Origin: Octopus sinensis
Taxonomy: Eukaryota
Direction of reading: 5' to 3'
Assembly: GCF_006345805.1 (NCBI RefSeq)
Contig: NC_043000.1
Span: 14,818,001-14,882,000 of the forward strand
Length of the DNA: 64,000 bases
Shown: piece after piece, positions 25,230 through 38,327 of the stretch
Position numbering within the stretch: the stretch's first letter is position 1
How the letters are laid out: every line of letters begins with the position of its first letter
Program-made: the position numbers and the translations under genes
Notes under the pieces: model-generated
Database searches by the model: none
Told to the model about the DNA's origin: nothing
Seen by the model: the letters and a program-made list of their open reading frames with translations, nothing else

Positions 25230-25620
25230 CATACTTAAAAATAGGTCCTGGGAATATGATTGACTGAAACCCTTCAAATTATGTCTTAGCATAAGCAAAC
25301 ATAGACTATCCCCACACCACTACAGCAATTAAAGCTGTCTTTGTGAAATGTTGTAGTTAGCCAAAGTCGCAGAATAAAGAATGTGCCTAGGTTTCTGAGG
25401 TAGACCTTATAGGCGCAGTTACCTCCTTCGACAGCGGGTTTAAACAAGCTCATGCAAGATGGCACAAGCAGCGGTGAAATTCTGACACGAGGCCTTGCGA
25501 CATCCTCTTTTGGCATCTAGGCGTCGGAGAGCAGGAACATGATCTAGTTGGCTTTCTTATGAGATGCGGCGACTAGCAGACATGAGGTAACGTACAGAAG
25601 AAGATCATGGCCTCCACACA
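25230..25620 (-). mobile_element. Possible old RTE LINE fragment
   Basis: Frameshifted remnants resembling LYGxLPHVS and RGRPR blocks. Confidence 0.3.
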
Positions 25621-25849
25621 TCAAACTCTTTCCATTTGTCATTCAACTTTATATATATATATATGTGTGAGGCTGAAATTAAAGGTATTTAAAGTTACAG
25701 CCTTGTTCTATGCATTTCTTTGTACCGTGTTCCTATCAAATGATATTACAGCCTTCAGAAGGAGTCAACCTTTATATGACTCCACAACCCTGATACAAAT
25801 ACCATCTAAAATGGTGACCCCAACGCAGCACACACCATAATTCCTTCTA

Positions 25850-26480
25850 AAATGATGAACCCCGGACGAATTTCTGACCAGTGGATACGTATTCCCGTTT
25901 CTCCTTCTCGACTTTGTTTACGTGGCCAGACCGCCATTCATTGTATAGGAACATACCACGACTGAAGGAAGCTACAATTCATAGTTTTAGGTGCCTATCG
26001 GATGGTAACCCAGGTCGAGTTCAATAAGCTATTTGATTTTCACGCCTAATCTTATGAAATACGTGTTTTTCATAAGTGTATGGATCATAATTGTATGAAT
26101 CGGTATACAGGTATCCCGGTAGAATTCGATAAGGTTAATCTATCTAGTCTGGGTTTGGATCCTAGTCGATTGAAGCGAAGAATATTTTTTGAGAAACAAC
26201 CAAAGTCCTTGGACGAATTGTCAGCAAATACCTGCAGATTGATGTCCTTGAATACACCAATACCAATCGATTACATAATGCGTAGTAGATTCAGTAGTTT
26301 TCTCAACGAGTCCGGGATCGGCTGTGACTGCAGAATTTTGCTTTAACATCTGCCACATCGATGCTAAAGTCAGATTAATTGTTGAATTTCTGAAACTTTA
26401 TTTTTTGTTCGTTAATAATGAATGAGAAAGCCATACAGATCACGCATTAAAAGTATTAATTTGGTAGTTGAACAATTTTC
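25850..26480 (+). mobile_element. Degenerate Tc1/mariner-superfamily transposase fragment
   Basis: LKRRIFFEKQPKSLDEL resembles the LKxxVYxxKPxTLDEL C-terminal block; many stops and frameshifts. Confidence 0.4.
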
Positions 26481-26496
26481 TAGGGCCCATCCGTCA

Positions 26497-26880
26497 TCTC
26501 TCTCTATATAAACGGCAGTTTGTCTGTGCGTGTTTCTGTGTGTCTGTTTGCTTGTACCCTCACCCTGACCACGGCTTTCAACCGATTCTGATGAAACTTG
26601 ACACACACATAGCCCAATGTCATAATTCAAAACTAACGCAGCGAAAATTTTGAAAAGTTCCCCCAGTTCTGAAAAAAATCGATAAATTCGACATGGGGTC
26701 GAGAATGAGAAACACAAACCGCAAACTGTCTAGGGGACGCAACTCCACCATTTTTAAAACTCAAAAAAAAATTTACCATCATTTTTTCCATTTTTTTGCT
26801 AATTTTTGGCTATAACTCTCTAAAAATGCTTTATAGTTATTTCCCTTACAAACCTGAGCAACGCCGGGCGATACTGCTAG
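26497..26880 (+). mobile_element. Non-autonomous Helitron, subfamily B
   Basis: A|TC...GCAACGCCGGGCGATACTGCTAG|T, 384 bp, near-identical to 47710-48093. Confidence 0.8.
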
Positions 26881-27569
26881 TTGAATTATAAATGTGTCAT
26901 TTTTGACTTCGGGTTTCGGGAAGTTAGAGACACATTGAAGTCAAATCGAAAAAATTACTTTTTATTATTCATAGGGTAAATGTTCAAATCCAGTCAAAGT
27001 TTAGTGCCGCGTATAATATTTTTGTAAAGGATTTTCTTTCGTCTGTATTAATCATCCATACAAAGCACAGATTAAAGGATTAAGCCTAGTTACAGTTAAG
27101 TATTCTATATTGTTATTTTACTTAATGTTACTTATTTTTCGTATGTTATGTAATAAACTTTATATGTGCAGGAAAAATGAAATGGAGTAGAGGAGCAATA
27201 CTTTCGTCATTTCACTTCTCGCAGTTCATAACAGAAAAGTAAATGGACACCACAATTTACCTGTTCTTCATCCAACTCAAAAACATAGCTTCGATGTCAA
27301 ATGAAAAGAAATCAATGTTTGTGGTCGAAAACGTTGTACTGATCCATTGCTCCACTTAATCAACGACAAACAAAACCGAATCGTGTGTTTGATATTCCGC
27401 ACTGTGTAACACTACCACTCGGTTTTCTTTGAATTCTTTTAGCCAAGTTCTCTCAGCCACAAGCATTCACACAGATCGTATTTTCCATTCAGGTGTGTAG
27501 ATTAACCATCAGTCGCATTAGTTTTGCTAGTCGAAGGGAGAGGAAACGCAAACTATGATCGCTATCGTT

Positions 27570-27690
27570 CATTCCCTGACCGACCGACCGTCCGTCCGTC
27601 CGTCCGACCGACCGACCGACCGTCCGTCCGTCCGTCCGTCCATCCGTCCATCCGTCCATCCATCCATCCATCCATCCATCCATCCATCCA
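27570..27690. repeat. (CCGA)/(CCGT)/(CCAT) tetranucleotide gradient
   Basis: Direct reading. Confidence 0.9.
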
Positions 27691-27941
27691 TCTTCTCCGC
27701 TCACTATTCCTAAGAAGATCGTTGGAGTATAGTCCTCACGCACCTCATCCATAAGGTCCTATGTCATTTGATTTTCTAGCTGGAATCCCAAGCGCGATAA
27801 ACTGAGACTATAAATCTTACCCAACCATCACGTTCTTAGTCCACACATAGGTCTCCTCCTGTGTGGCTCGGCTTGAAGAATCTGTTTTGCAATTCCTTCT
27901 TGCGGCATTCAAATGACGTCTGTTGTACAAGATCTGACTAA

Positions 27942-28330
27942 TCTTTATATATAAAGCTGAAGTTGTCTGTGTATGGCAGGTTTGGTAGCCTTCAACTAAC
28001 ACTATCTCCTCCGAGACCCTGCGGCGCAAGTTGACCAAAATCGAGAGTATGATAGAAGAAGGCTTGCTCTTCATTCCGTAGAAGAAAAAATTCAAATCGG
28101 ACCATGTTAAAACTAAAAACTTTTTACATCAAAAAGGTGCTTTTTTTCTATGAAAATCCCTATTTTTTAATATTTTTTGACAGCTGTGTCGCCATTTTTC
28201 GGTGTATTTCAACCAGAAAAATGTTCACTTAAAGAGAATAACAGGCTACATAATGCAAAATTTTACTTTTCAAAAATTCCAATTCTAAAGGGTCGAGACA
28301 AACTCGAGCAACGCCGGGCGATACTACAAG
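27942..28330 (+). mobile_element. Non-autonomous Helitron, subfamily A
   Basis: A|TC start, homologous to 5648-6023, 3' end GCGATACTACAAG|T (CTAG mutated). Confidence 0.75.
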
Positions 28331-30346
28331 TTTATTTTTTAAAATGTTTTAAAAGAAAATCAGTAACAAATCAGATATTTGAAATTATATTTATTTACAG
28401 AATAAACTATAAAAAGCAAAAGTACAGGAGTGTAAAGTTTTAATGCCTTTTTTCTTCTTCTTTGTGCTGTTTATCAACTTGAAATTTACGGAAAATCCTA
28501 GTAAATTTTTTTCTTGGTAATTAGCATTTTTAATTTTTTTAATTCTCCTTTTTTTTAAAATTTTAAATGGTTTTATAAAATATATTTGTCTTACACTGAA
28601 ATGAAAGTTCATGAAAGAGTTTAATAAGGGACTATTATTAGTCCCTTGATGATATTTTGACAAGGACAGATGGTGTTTTAAGTATACAGAAACTGAAAAT
28701 GGCAAGTATCGACATAAGCTTTTAGGTGTATTTTTGATGGATTAATTGAAAATATCGTGGACGCCATTTTTGTAGACTTTGAATATAAAATGACGCCATA
28801 TTTGATTAAACAAATATAATAGATGGAGCAATGTTTTAAAAATATTCACTGGAAAGTAGTTATGTTTTCTACGAATTAAACATTTGTGGTTTAATCAATA
28901 CGAACACGAAAACCTTCCTTCATAACGAATTTGAATTTTCTTTCTGTTATTATTGATTTTGTAAAGAAATTAATTATTCTCAAATGTGTATACGGTTTTC
29001 ATTAAAATATATTTAAAAATAAACAAAACGATGACTATCAGTAACTTCCAGTGATTTTTTTTTCTTTTTTCTTTTCACTTCCAACTTGAAACGTATTTCA
29101 TATTACCACAGTATTAACTAGTATTGTATTTATCTTCTATTTTTTGGAAGTATAACAATGCATTTTTAACTCATAGATGCTTCTGAAAATATTAGTTAGG
29201 TTAACAGCTATTAACCTTGATGTAAGATTAAAAAGCTATTGACCCAGATGGCAAGTCTTTCAGTTCGGTTCATCTACTAAGGATGTTCTTCCTATAGGCA
29301 CTGAGCCAGAAACAACATCCTTAGCATGAAAAAGGATGTGAATAACTCATCCATATTTCATTGTTTTAAATTTACGTTTCAAAATACAGGCATAAATATA
29401 TAATTTGAAACAACAATTACATGCACTACATCACGAGCGCACACACATATACAGTCATTGTCGTTTTGTATATCGTGTGCAAAACACATGAGTGTGCTCC
29501 TTCTGGAGAAGAAAATAGGCGTTGATCAAGAGGATGTTATTTTTGAAAATAAAGCCTCTCGACCATTGTTTATTTCATCACATTTGATCAAGCTAATATT
29601 TCATAATCTATTTATTTGGATGAAAAAGGCCACAAGAAATGGGCCAACGAAAAAATGTTTTCATTCGAAACTCATCAACGCATATGAAATTTATTTTCAA
29701 ATGGTTGATGATATAGGGATGTTTAGTATTTACATATGATCTACATCCATTCAATTATCTGAAAAATAAAATTACTTAAACAAAATATCTATATCAATTT
29801 TGTTCAAATTTTTGATTATGATCCGTAAAGATTCTTAGTGGTGGAATGTTCCAGGATTTTTTTTTTCTTTTTGCTGATTCTATTACAAATAAATTTGATT
29901 AGATTTTATTAGATAGGCATTCAAACTTTTTTCTTTCGTTTTTTTTTTTTACATCAAACACTCGTTCCCTATCCTTTCCTATCCACACACACATTTTTAT
30001 CACTAATATAAATGCATATGTATATATACATATACTGCATAAATGCATCCACACACATACATATATAAGCACATAAAAATAAGACGCCTATTTTTAGTGT
30101 TTCAGTCTCAAATGATGATCTAAAATCTGTATTATACATTCACACAAACTACTTATATAATTTGCATTATCTTGCCTTCATGTTGTATGATTGAACTGGT
30201 CATTCACCGACTGAGTTGTTAGATTTTTTACCTCACCCACCATTTTATACTGACAAATGGTTGAAAAAACTGTTTGAAATATGTTGCTTTTTTGGTAGAA
30301 AAAAGTTTCCTTGAAATATATTAAACACCAAAGGTTTGTTGTAAAG

Positions 30347-30414
30347 TTAGTACCAATCCGGGAACGAGCCATTGTATCGTTGTAGCAAGCGTTTCAAAGA
30401 TCCACGATGAATTT
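30347..30414 (-). CDS. Uncharacterised single-pass membrane protein, terminal exon
   Basis: tttcag|AA ATT CAT...TAA: (E)IHRGSLKRLLQRYNGSFPDWY*; phase 1 matches the TM exon; contains an NGS sequon. Confidence 0.6.
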
Positions 30415-31074
30415 CTGAAAAATAAATACGTTATTATTTGGCAAGTTCGGTATTTTTCTGGAATACAAAGTAATGTTCAATTGTTTGCAAAAGGATACGC
30501 ACGATATATGGACTTTTGGAAGTGCAGATAGTTAACATGATAGATTAAATAGTCGACTAAGAACTCGGCAGTTTGTATCTTGCCAACAGCAAAACATGCC
30601 CGAAAACAGGATACATTAAAGTTAGCAGGTAAGCAATGAGTTATACCACAGGTTGTAAATAGGTGCCACTGGACGGCACAGCACACGATAGTAAACAGGA
30701 ACCACGGGATAATATAGATTTTTGATATATGTAAAGGTAGTGTAGTTAAGTGTTGTAGGTGGCGTAACACTGCATTTAAATTGACGAGTAATTCGCTGAT
30801 TTGTAGAATAGATTTCATTTCTTCCAAACATACAAATTATCTATCGACTGAGTACTTACATCGCTAGTAACCACGCGAGAGCCACGATTATCCAAAAATC
30901 TCATTTTCTAATTGACATCTTGCTCCAACATAAATAGCAATATTTGTTTTACTTCAAGTTTTAACAGATCTAGGATCATGTCAACCTTAACCTAACAGAC
31001 CAGAGATCAACAATGTCCCAGTTGACCATTTGTCTTTTCTTCTCTTTTTTTTTCAGCCAGTGTATCTAAAACTA

Positions 31075-31364
31075 TTGGGTTGTCCAGAAAGTTCGTACCG
31101 ATTTATAGCAGCTTACATTTCGACTTATTTTAGAACATGGTTGAGTCCATAAAATAGGATTTGACTACACCTCCATTTAGAGCACAGTTTAAGCTATCTT
31201 TTCGTGGAAGAAGGTTTATGTTCCTATAACCTGTGTTAATTCTGTAACACTTTAAAATGGAAGATAAGAAAGTTCATTTTCAGCACTTGATGCTTTGGGA
31301 ACCAGACAAAAATTGCTGCAGCTCGGCTGGGATGTGTTACTCCACCCTCCATATTCACCAGATA
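31075..31364 (+). mobile_element. Internally deleted mariner, 5' part
   Basis: TIR TTGGGTTGTCCAGAAAGTTCGTACCGATTT, then MEDKKVHFQHLML fused to RQKLLQLGWDVLLHPPYSPD; truncated by a SINE. Confidence 0.75.
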
Positions 31365-32322
31365 CACTCTGCATGACAACCGGTGTTGGGTTGTTTACAT
31401 CCTCATAACTTAGCGGTTCAGCACAAGAGACCGACTTAATAAGTACCAGACTTAAAAACAAGCACTGAGATCGATTTGCTTGACTAAGCCCTTCAAGGCG
31501 GTGCCCCAGCATGGCCGCAGTCCTATAACTGAAACAGATATAATATAAAAGAGCCATCCCACGAGGCCCAATGAAACTGGACACCACTGAAATAGTGATC
31601 CGTTAGTTGCACAAAACTGTGATTGTGTACCGATCAGGGTGTTCGGGCTCGGCCAAGCTATTGCGCAACACAGGGGTTAGTTAGCCGTCAGTTAGTTCAA
31701 CGCTGTGAAACGAGGGGAAAGATTTTTCATTTAGTTTTCTCTAGAAATATTATTTGTATCCAGGCATAAGTTATTATTTGGCTGTGAGCTGGGTATGCTG
31801 AAGCGTATCTCAGTTTGCTCAGAGATAAGGGAGAGATGATTTTGATGTTTATGAAAAAACAAAACTGTCAATCGTAGGTATTTTTTGTATATATACAAAT
31901 ATATCTTTGTGTTTTGTATATGGCAGATATCTAGCTATCTACCATAAAAATACATGTCATGCCGAAACATATGTAGCAATGTATTAATAAAAATATAAAA
32001 TCTCCATCTATGAAGTAGTTCTCGTTATATATATATGTATATATTTGTCCTTACCTTCGAATTCGCGGGGTAGCTGAAACAGGGACAACTGAAGAAGGGG
32101 AATATTCTTTAGGTTGTATGTCTCGTTTCTCTGTTTTTTTCGTTGTTCGAAAAAATGTTCGTTTCTATATTTTTGTTTTTATGTTTTCGTTTCTCATTGT
32201 GTTCAACGTTTTCTTGGTGTCCTGTACCCATATATGCATGTGTACATACATATATATGTAGGTATGTACATATATATATGTATATATGCATATATACATA
32301 TATTATTTATATTATATTATAT

Positions 32323-32367
<45 letters not shown>

Positions 32368-33032
32368 CGTTGTTAAGCCATCATGTTTATGTGTGTTTTG
32401 TTTTCCTTTTTTTACTTCTTTATTTGTGGCGTAGCATGGAACATGTGTATCATAAAAGCAGCCACTTTATACATGTGCTTTGTTGCAATCGGCGTTACGT
32501 CTAAAGAAGGGGACAGTCAATTTGGGCCGCCCTGTGCGGCCCAAAGCTCATGCTTTACCAATTACGAAGCGGCAATTTCACTGCCTCTAGGAATTGAATT
32601 TACGAACTTCCCTGCTACCTCAAGAAAAGTGGATAAACAAGAAAGGTAATGCTCGACTAATACTCTGAAAGGTAAGTCTGAGCAGAAGCATAACATTACC
32701 GATCGCCTCCTTAAAATCAGTATAACTGCTGCCCGTCTGAGAAATGAGATGATGTACTTGCTGCGGTGACTATCACTGGCCATTCTCTGCGGCAACGCCA
32801 TCGCGGTCATATCCGCAGGACGCGGTTGAACAAGCCATTTGTTCTCCTGCTTACCCACACTTTTTTGGGGGGAGGGGTATCTTTGTTTCTTTGTAATTAA
32901 ATTGTGATTCAATCTTATGTAAATTAATGATAAAAAAAAGGGGAAGTGAACTGAGTTGTGCCTGTGTTAAGATAACTGGCCAATGTGGCAAGAAATACAT
33001 AGTCCTACCAATGAGAAAGTAGAGCAACTCAC

Positions 33033-33309
33033 CTGATAGAATAATAACTCCAAATGCTGCTCCAGTCACCATGCATATGACGATACCCCAGAACATAAGC
33101 TTTCCGGGATCGAGTTTCACCAGCGATTTTTTACCAGCGAAAGCATTGGTGTACATATTTCCGCGTCCGTAAGGATGGATATCTTTTTCAACAGTTGAAG
33201 CTTCGCTGAGAACTTTACTGACCAAGTTCGTCATACTAAGAGCCAAGCCCTGGGGTGGAGCGGTTCCCAAAACCTCTTTTGGGTTGATGAATAGCTTCTT
33301 TTTCATACG
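33033..33309 (-). CDS. Uncharacterised single-pass membrane protein, TM-encoding exon
   Basis: tgtttcag|RMKKKLFINPKEVLG...KLDPGKLMFWGIVICMVTGAAFGVIILS+G|gtgagt; 277 nt, unique non-repetitive sequence, one roughly 22-aa hydrophobic helix. Confidence 0.75.
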
Positions 33310-34096
33310 CTGAAACAAATATGAAAGAAACGTTTGTGAAGTTTTGACTGAATATCATATATATATTTCTTTATTACCCACAAGGGGCTAAACATAGAGG
33401 GACAAACAAGGACAGACAAAGGGATTAAGTCGATTACATCGACCCCAGTGCAAAACCGGTACTTTATTTATCGACCACGAAAGGATGAAAGGCAAAGTCG
33501 ACCTCGGCGGAATTTGAACTCGGAACGTAACGACAGACGAAATACGGCTACGCATTTCACCCGGCGTGCTAACGTTTCTGCCAGCTCGCCGCCCTTTGAC
33601 TGGATATCATATATAGCTTGGGATTAAAGGCCGCGCAAGACCGCCGCCACCACCACCACTACCGCCACTAACAACAACAACAACGACAACGACGATGACG
33701 ACACCAACGAAAAGACTTATACGCGGTTGTACACCCTGCTAGAAATACCAGCTAGATTTCCATTGCAATCCTTCTCTGCCATTTTAAAACAGAAAAAGAC
33801 ACATTGAGTCCTAAGCATACTATGCCTGGAACCGCCCATCACTCTCAATTAATAAACAAAATGGTCAGTTTCGCATTAAAATCCATAGAGGCCCTAAACA
33901 CTTAAAAGATTTTGGTGCCACCAAATTTTATTTTTCGAAATGAAACAAAACTAACAGAAGATGAAACATTTTTATTTTTGTATATTTGCATTTTGTTTAT
34001 ATTTGTAGCGCCTTCACTAACTTATTTTAATTGTAAAGTCTTCGATCAAACCCTCAAAATCAATCTTACGAAACATATCTGCCCCTATGCTTAGCA

Positions 34097-34400
34097 CCTG
34101 TGGAGACACATGGCCTAGTGGTCAGAGAAGCGGACTCGCAGTCGAGGGATCGCGGGTTTCGAATCTCAGACCGGGCGATGTGTGTGTTTATGAGCGAAAC
34201 ATCTAAGGTCCACGCGGCTCCGGCAGAAGGTAATGGCGAACTTCTGCTGACTCTTTCGCCACAATTTTCTCTCACTCTTTCCTCCTGCATCTTGCAGCTC
34301 ACCTGTGACGGACCGACGTCCCGTCCAGGTTGGGAACCTATACGCCAAGGAAACCGGGAAACCGGCCCTTATGAGCCAGGCATGGCTCAAGAAGGAACTA
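34097..34400 (+). mobile_element. tRNA-derived SINE family S4 (head GGCGCAATGGCCYAGTGGTTAG)
   Basis: A/B-box-like motifs; other copies near 4652, 40245, 56215, 56986, partial at 860, 34500, 45260, 51380. Confidence 0.7.
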
Positions 34401-34735
34401 TGCTTAGCAGAGATAGAGCATCCCAAATATTATTTTCGCAACTTTAAAGTTATTTCTTTTATGTTTTAACCATTTACCATTTGTGGTACTCCTCTTCTCC
34501 TGATGGCCTAAACACGTGCTTATTTTAATAATAATAAAATGCGCCCTTTTAAAGACTAGACAGGCTCATGAGCCTGGTTTCCCGGTTTCAATGGCGTATG
34601 TGTTTCCCAGCTGGATGAGACGCCAGTCCATCGCAGTGTTATTCATTTTTGCCAGCTGAGTGGACTGGAGCAACGTGAAATGAAGTGTTTTGCTCAAGAA
34701 CACAATGCGTCGCCCGTTTTTCCGTCTGTCTCTGT

Positions 34736-34824
34736 GGGTTCTAGGTAGTTAGTAGCAGCTTGTTTGATATGAATTCTTGTCAGGAATTCATGTCAAACTA
34801 GCTTGCTGCTAATGCCTAGAACCC
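34736..34824 (+). ncRNA. Pre-miRNA-like hairpin (candidate)
   Basis: About 40-bp stem, 7-nt loop; two non-Watson-Crick positions are U-G wobbles on the plus strand; no second copy seen in the window. Confidence 0.3.
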
Positions 34825-35047
34825 GCAAGAGTTAAAAAGAGAGACAGAGACAGACAGAAAAACGGAAAATATCCCTTGCATTTGAAAACTACGGAAATAT
34901 TTTTTTTAAATATTTCATTAAATTTTTCCACAATTTAATTACTTTTAATGCTTTACTCTAAGTCGAAAAAGTCGCAAAGACTGAAACCGGTACTAAAATG
35001 TTCTTCATGATAAAATTATTTTAGCATTTTCTACCTTGTCTTATTTT

Positions 35048-35050
35048 CCT

Positions 35051-35095
<45 letters not shown>

Positions 35096-35097
35096 TA

Positions 35098-35133
<36 letters not shown>

Positions 35134-35377
35134 TGTATGTATGTATGTATGTATGTATGTATGTATGTACGTATGTATGTATGTATGTATGTATGTATGT
35201 ATTATGTATGTATGTACGTATGTATGTATGTATGTATATGTATGTAAATATATGTGTGTGTGTTTGTGTGTTTATGTATGTATATATATGTATGCAAGCA
35301 TGTATACATGCATACACACGCACACATATGCACACACATACCCTTTTATTATGTATGCATGTATGTGCATGTGCATG

Positions 35378-35462
<85 letters not shown>

Positions 35463-35467
35463 GTCTG

Positions 35468-35506
<39 letters not shown>

Positions 35507-35520
35507 GCTTATCTAAGTAT
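35048..35520. repeat. Compound (TA)/(TATG)/(TATC) microsatellite
   Basis: Direct reading. Confidence 0.95.
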
Positions 35521-36351
35521 ACACACATACAAATACACACGCACACGCCCGAGCAGCATCGATCGCTTTATTATCCCCAAATACTTCAGTAGGTTAAGGA
35601 CAAAGGGTCAACAACAGTTAATCTCCGACCAAATCTACAATCATACAGAAAATGGACTGGACGGCAGACAGTCCATCATCCCTAACTTACCACATTCCAT
35701 CCCTTATAATCAACTATTGCTTGCCGGATTGTGTAATACGGTCCTCCTTAACGAGGTATAACGGTTACATATACGCCATAAGTGAGCTTGGGCAGTGTAA
35801 AGCAACTGTAACAGTAAGAAAGTGTAGCTCATGGTTCCCAAACCTGGAAACTTTGCCTTTCGTAATTAATCATATAAATAAACCTAGCGGACAGAAAAGT
35901 AGAGTGAACAAGTGAACTATCAATAAACAGGAGCAATTAACCAAAAGCAAGTAAAGATGTATGCTTAGGGAGAATGAAAGTATAGATAAACCGAAATATT
36001 GTGAATACACCAGAAACAATAAACATAGGGTACAAATTATAGATAAAAACGGTTATCGTCTTTCGTTTGTAATGTTTTCTTATTTTGACATGAAAAAAAT
36101 ATTCTGTAGTTTTTATCCATGAAGATCTAATGGCAACTGAAAAAAAAAAGGGGGGATCTGGAGGGGGATTTACAGATAATAATGTTATGAAGAGGCCATC
36201 AAAACCAAAGATAGATAGTCATAGAGATTTATTTCTGTATTGTTGAACACAGAATTTCACTGGCATTGAAAGAATTAGTGCTTATCAGTAACAGAAGAAG
36301 CAATAACAGTAGAAGCATCTTTCCTGGTAAACGGTAACAATCAGTGCTTAC

Positions 36352-37422
36352 CTGTAATTCATCAAAGCAATCTTTTTCTTTGGCATTACATTTCCATTGC
36401 CTGATAAGGTCGCTAAGTAAACTAATTTTCTTGACGGTTCTAGCCACCATCCTATGAACTACACTGCTACCTGAGGACGTCCCTGTCGTTTCATCTTTAA
36501 CATCAATATTTGTATCAATTTCTTCAATGCTTTGTCCATCTTCGTCGTAGGAACAAGATGGCGAATGTCTCGTTTCAATAACATCTATCGCAGATATATC
36601 AACTGTATTTCCAACAACTGATTCCATTAAGTTTCTTTGTATGTCAAATAACGGTTCTGTTGTTTTCGCTGTGTCTGTGTATGCACTCTCAACAAAGCTA
36701 ACCGTTTTGTTTTTCTTATCAGACGACATTTCATCCTCCGTGTTTACACATTGATAATAACATTGCTCACCTGAATTGTTACATTCGAAATCACTAGGTT
36801 TCGGATGTATTTCAACCTGAGAGTATAATGTATTGTATGGTAATATGATCCCGTTATCTTCTGACATGTCTCCTTCAACAGTATTGTTATTTTGGTAATG
36901 CACGTCCATGTTTTCCGTTGACTCGTTCTGGTTCAATTGAACTTCCGGCATATTCGGAATGTTAAATTGTACTCTGACATTATTTGATGTTCCTATTGGG
37001 TCACCAGGCTCCATTTCGAAACCTTGATTATTATATGAAGATCTATTAGTGTAGTGAGGGTTAAAATCTACCTGAGTATACCATATTTCTTGTCCAACAG
37101 GACCACCGAATGAGTAGTTTTCTCCTGGCTCAACTGGATACATGTTCGGCATCCTGTCCGCACAAATCTGATCCATTTCATGCATATTTTGAGCCGTGTT
37201 GTGCTCCATGGACAAATTTCTATTGTCCATCATTTCTAACTCTTGGAACGACAAATTGCATGCCTTCTCTGCATTTTTCATAGAAAAACTTGGTAGACAC
37301 GCCTCATTTCCATTGTATCTTACAGATGATGAAGATTCGTACGAATCACGAACTTTCTTATTCTTTGAATATCTCCCATTCTCAGCTGAATTCTGCTTCT
37401 GCTTATGACCAGCCTGCCCCAT
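36352..37422 (-). CDS. Large alternative first coding exon (357 codons) of the membrane protein gene
   Basis: Longest non-repeat ORF in the window (MGQAGHKQ...CFDELQ), strong donor CAG|gtaagc in phase 0 matching the TM exon; candidate acceptor cttag|AAAGATG at 37426; acidic, N/S-rich, disordered-looking. Confidence 0.7.
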
Positions 37423-38112
37423 CTTTCTAAGCAAGGGAAATGGTTTACTTATTAACCGTTCTGACCATATTTCACATAAAATAAAAATCCACTGAACTGA
37501 TAGTGAATAAATTTTGATCAATTGTTATTACATTTTTCACTCGTTTCCATGTTTTATAACATTTACAGTTGGTTTGCTTGCAAAACTAGATTTTCTTCTT
37601 CACTCCAAAAAGCCTTACTTCCGTTTATCTGTGCAGTTGTCTGACTTCTGTTGAACACACAGAAAAACTTTAAAAATGAAGTAAACGGCTGCTATGTTGA
37701 CTTAGTTGTTGTTAATGATAGGGCGTAGAGATAAGATAGCGGAGAAAGAAAGAGAATAACATGGAAGAGAGAGTAACATGGAGAGTAGTGGATGCAAACA
37801 GAAAATGATAGAGGATGAGTTATGGAGACAGAAAGTCGGATAGAGCAAGAAGAGAGACGAGGAAAACTCCCTTTGAGTGTATTTGTGTGTATGCGTGTAA
37901 ATATGTGTTTGTGTATACATATGTGTGTGTATACATGTATGTATGTATGTATGTATATATGTATGTATGTATGTATGTATGTTTACATGCGTTTGTGTGT
38001 GTGTGTGTGTGTGTATGTGTGAAAGAGAGAACACATATGTAGCTGAGAGTATGTGTGTATGTGCAAGTGTGTGTGTGCGTGGCAAAGATGGAAAGAGAAA
38101 CAAAGAGAGAGA

Positions 38113-38166
<54 letters not shown>

Positions 38167-38291
38167 AATACTTTAGAGCAAACCATTTGGCGTTCGTTTC
38201 ATTCGTGTGAAAAAGGATTAGATCATCGCGAAGTACCTAACTCTTTCATATCCTTCACTTCCCATAATACACGCACACGCGCGCGCGTGTG

Positions 38292-38327
<36 letters not shown>

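Noticed and set aside
30477-30831. Two overlapping minus-strand ORFs (116 and 69 aa)
   Set aside because: No splice signals or homology clues; treated as intronic.
30844-30887. Possible extra minus-strand exon FWIIVALAWLLA with gtaagt donor
   Set aside because: No polypyrimidine acceptor, and its phase-2 end is incompatible with the terminal exon.
32562-32912. 116-aa minus-strand ORF downstream of the TM exon
   Set aside because: No convincing splice sites or recognisable motif.
34097-34170. tRNA-like sequence (also at 56986 and other SINE heads)
   Set aside because: Continues into SINE bodies and lacks a clean cloverleaf; SINE heads, not tRNA genes.
35036-35761. 241-aa ORF and overlapping MYVC/LSIY ORFs
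   Set aside because: Translation of TATG/TATC microsatellites.
35670-35883. Possible minus-strand exon (good ctag acceptor, gtaagt donor)
   Set aside because: Immediate stop (VYLYD*) in the expected phase and no other support; cannot be distinguished from chance.
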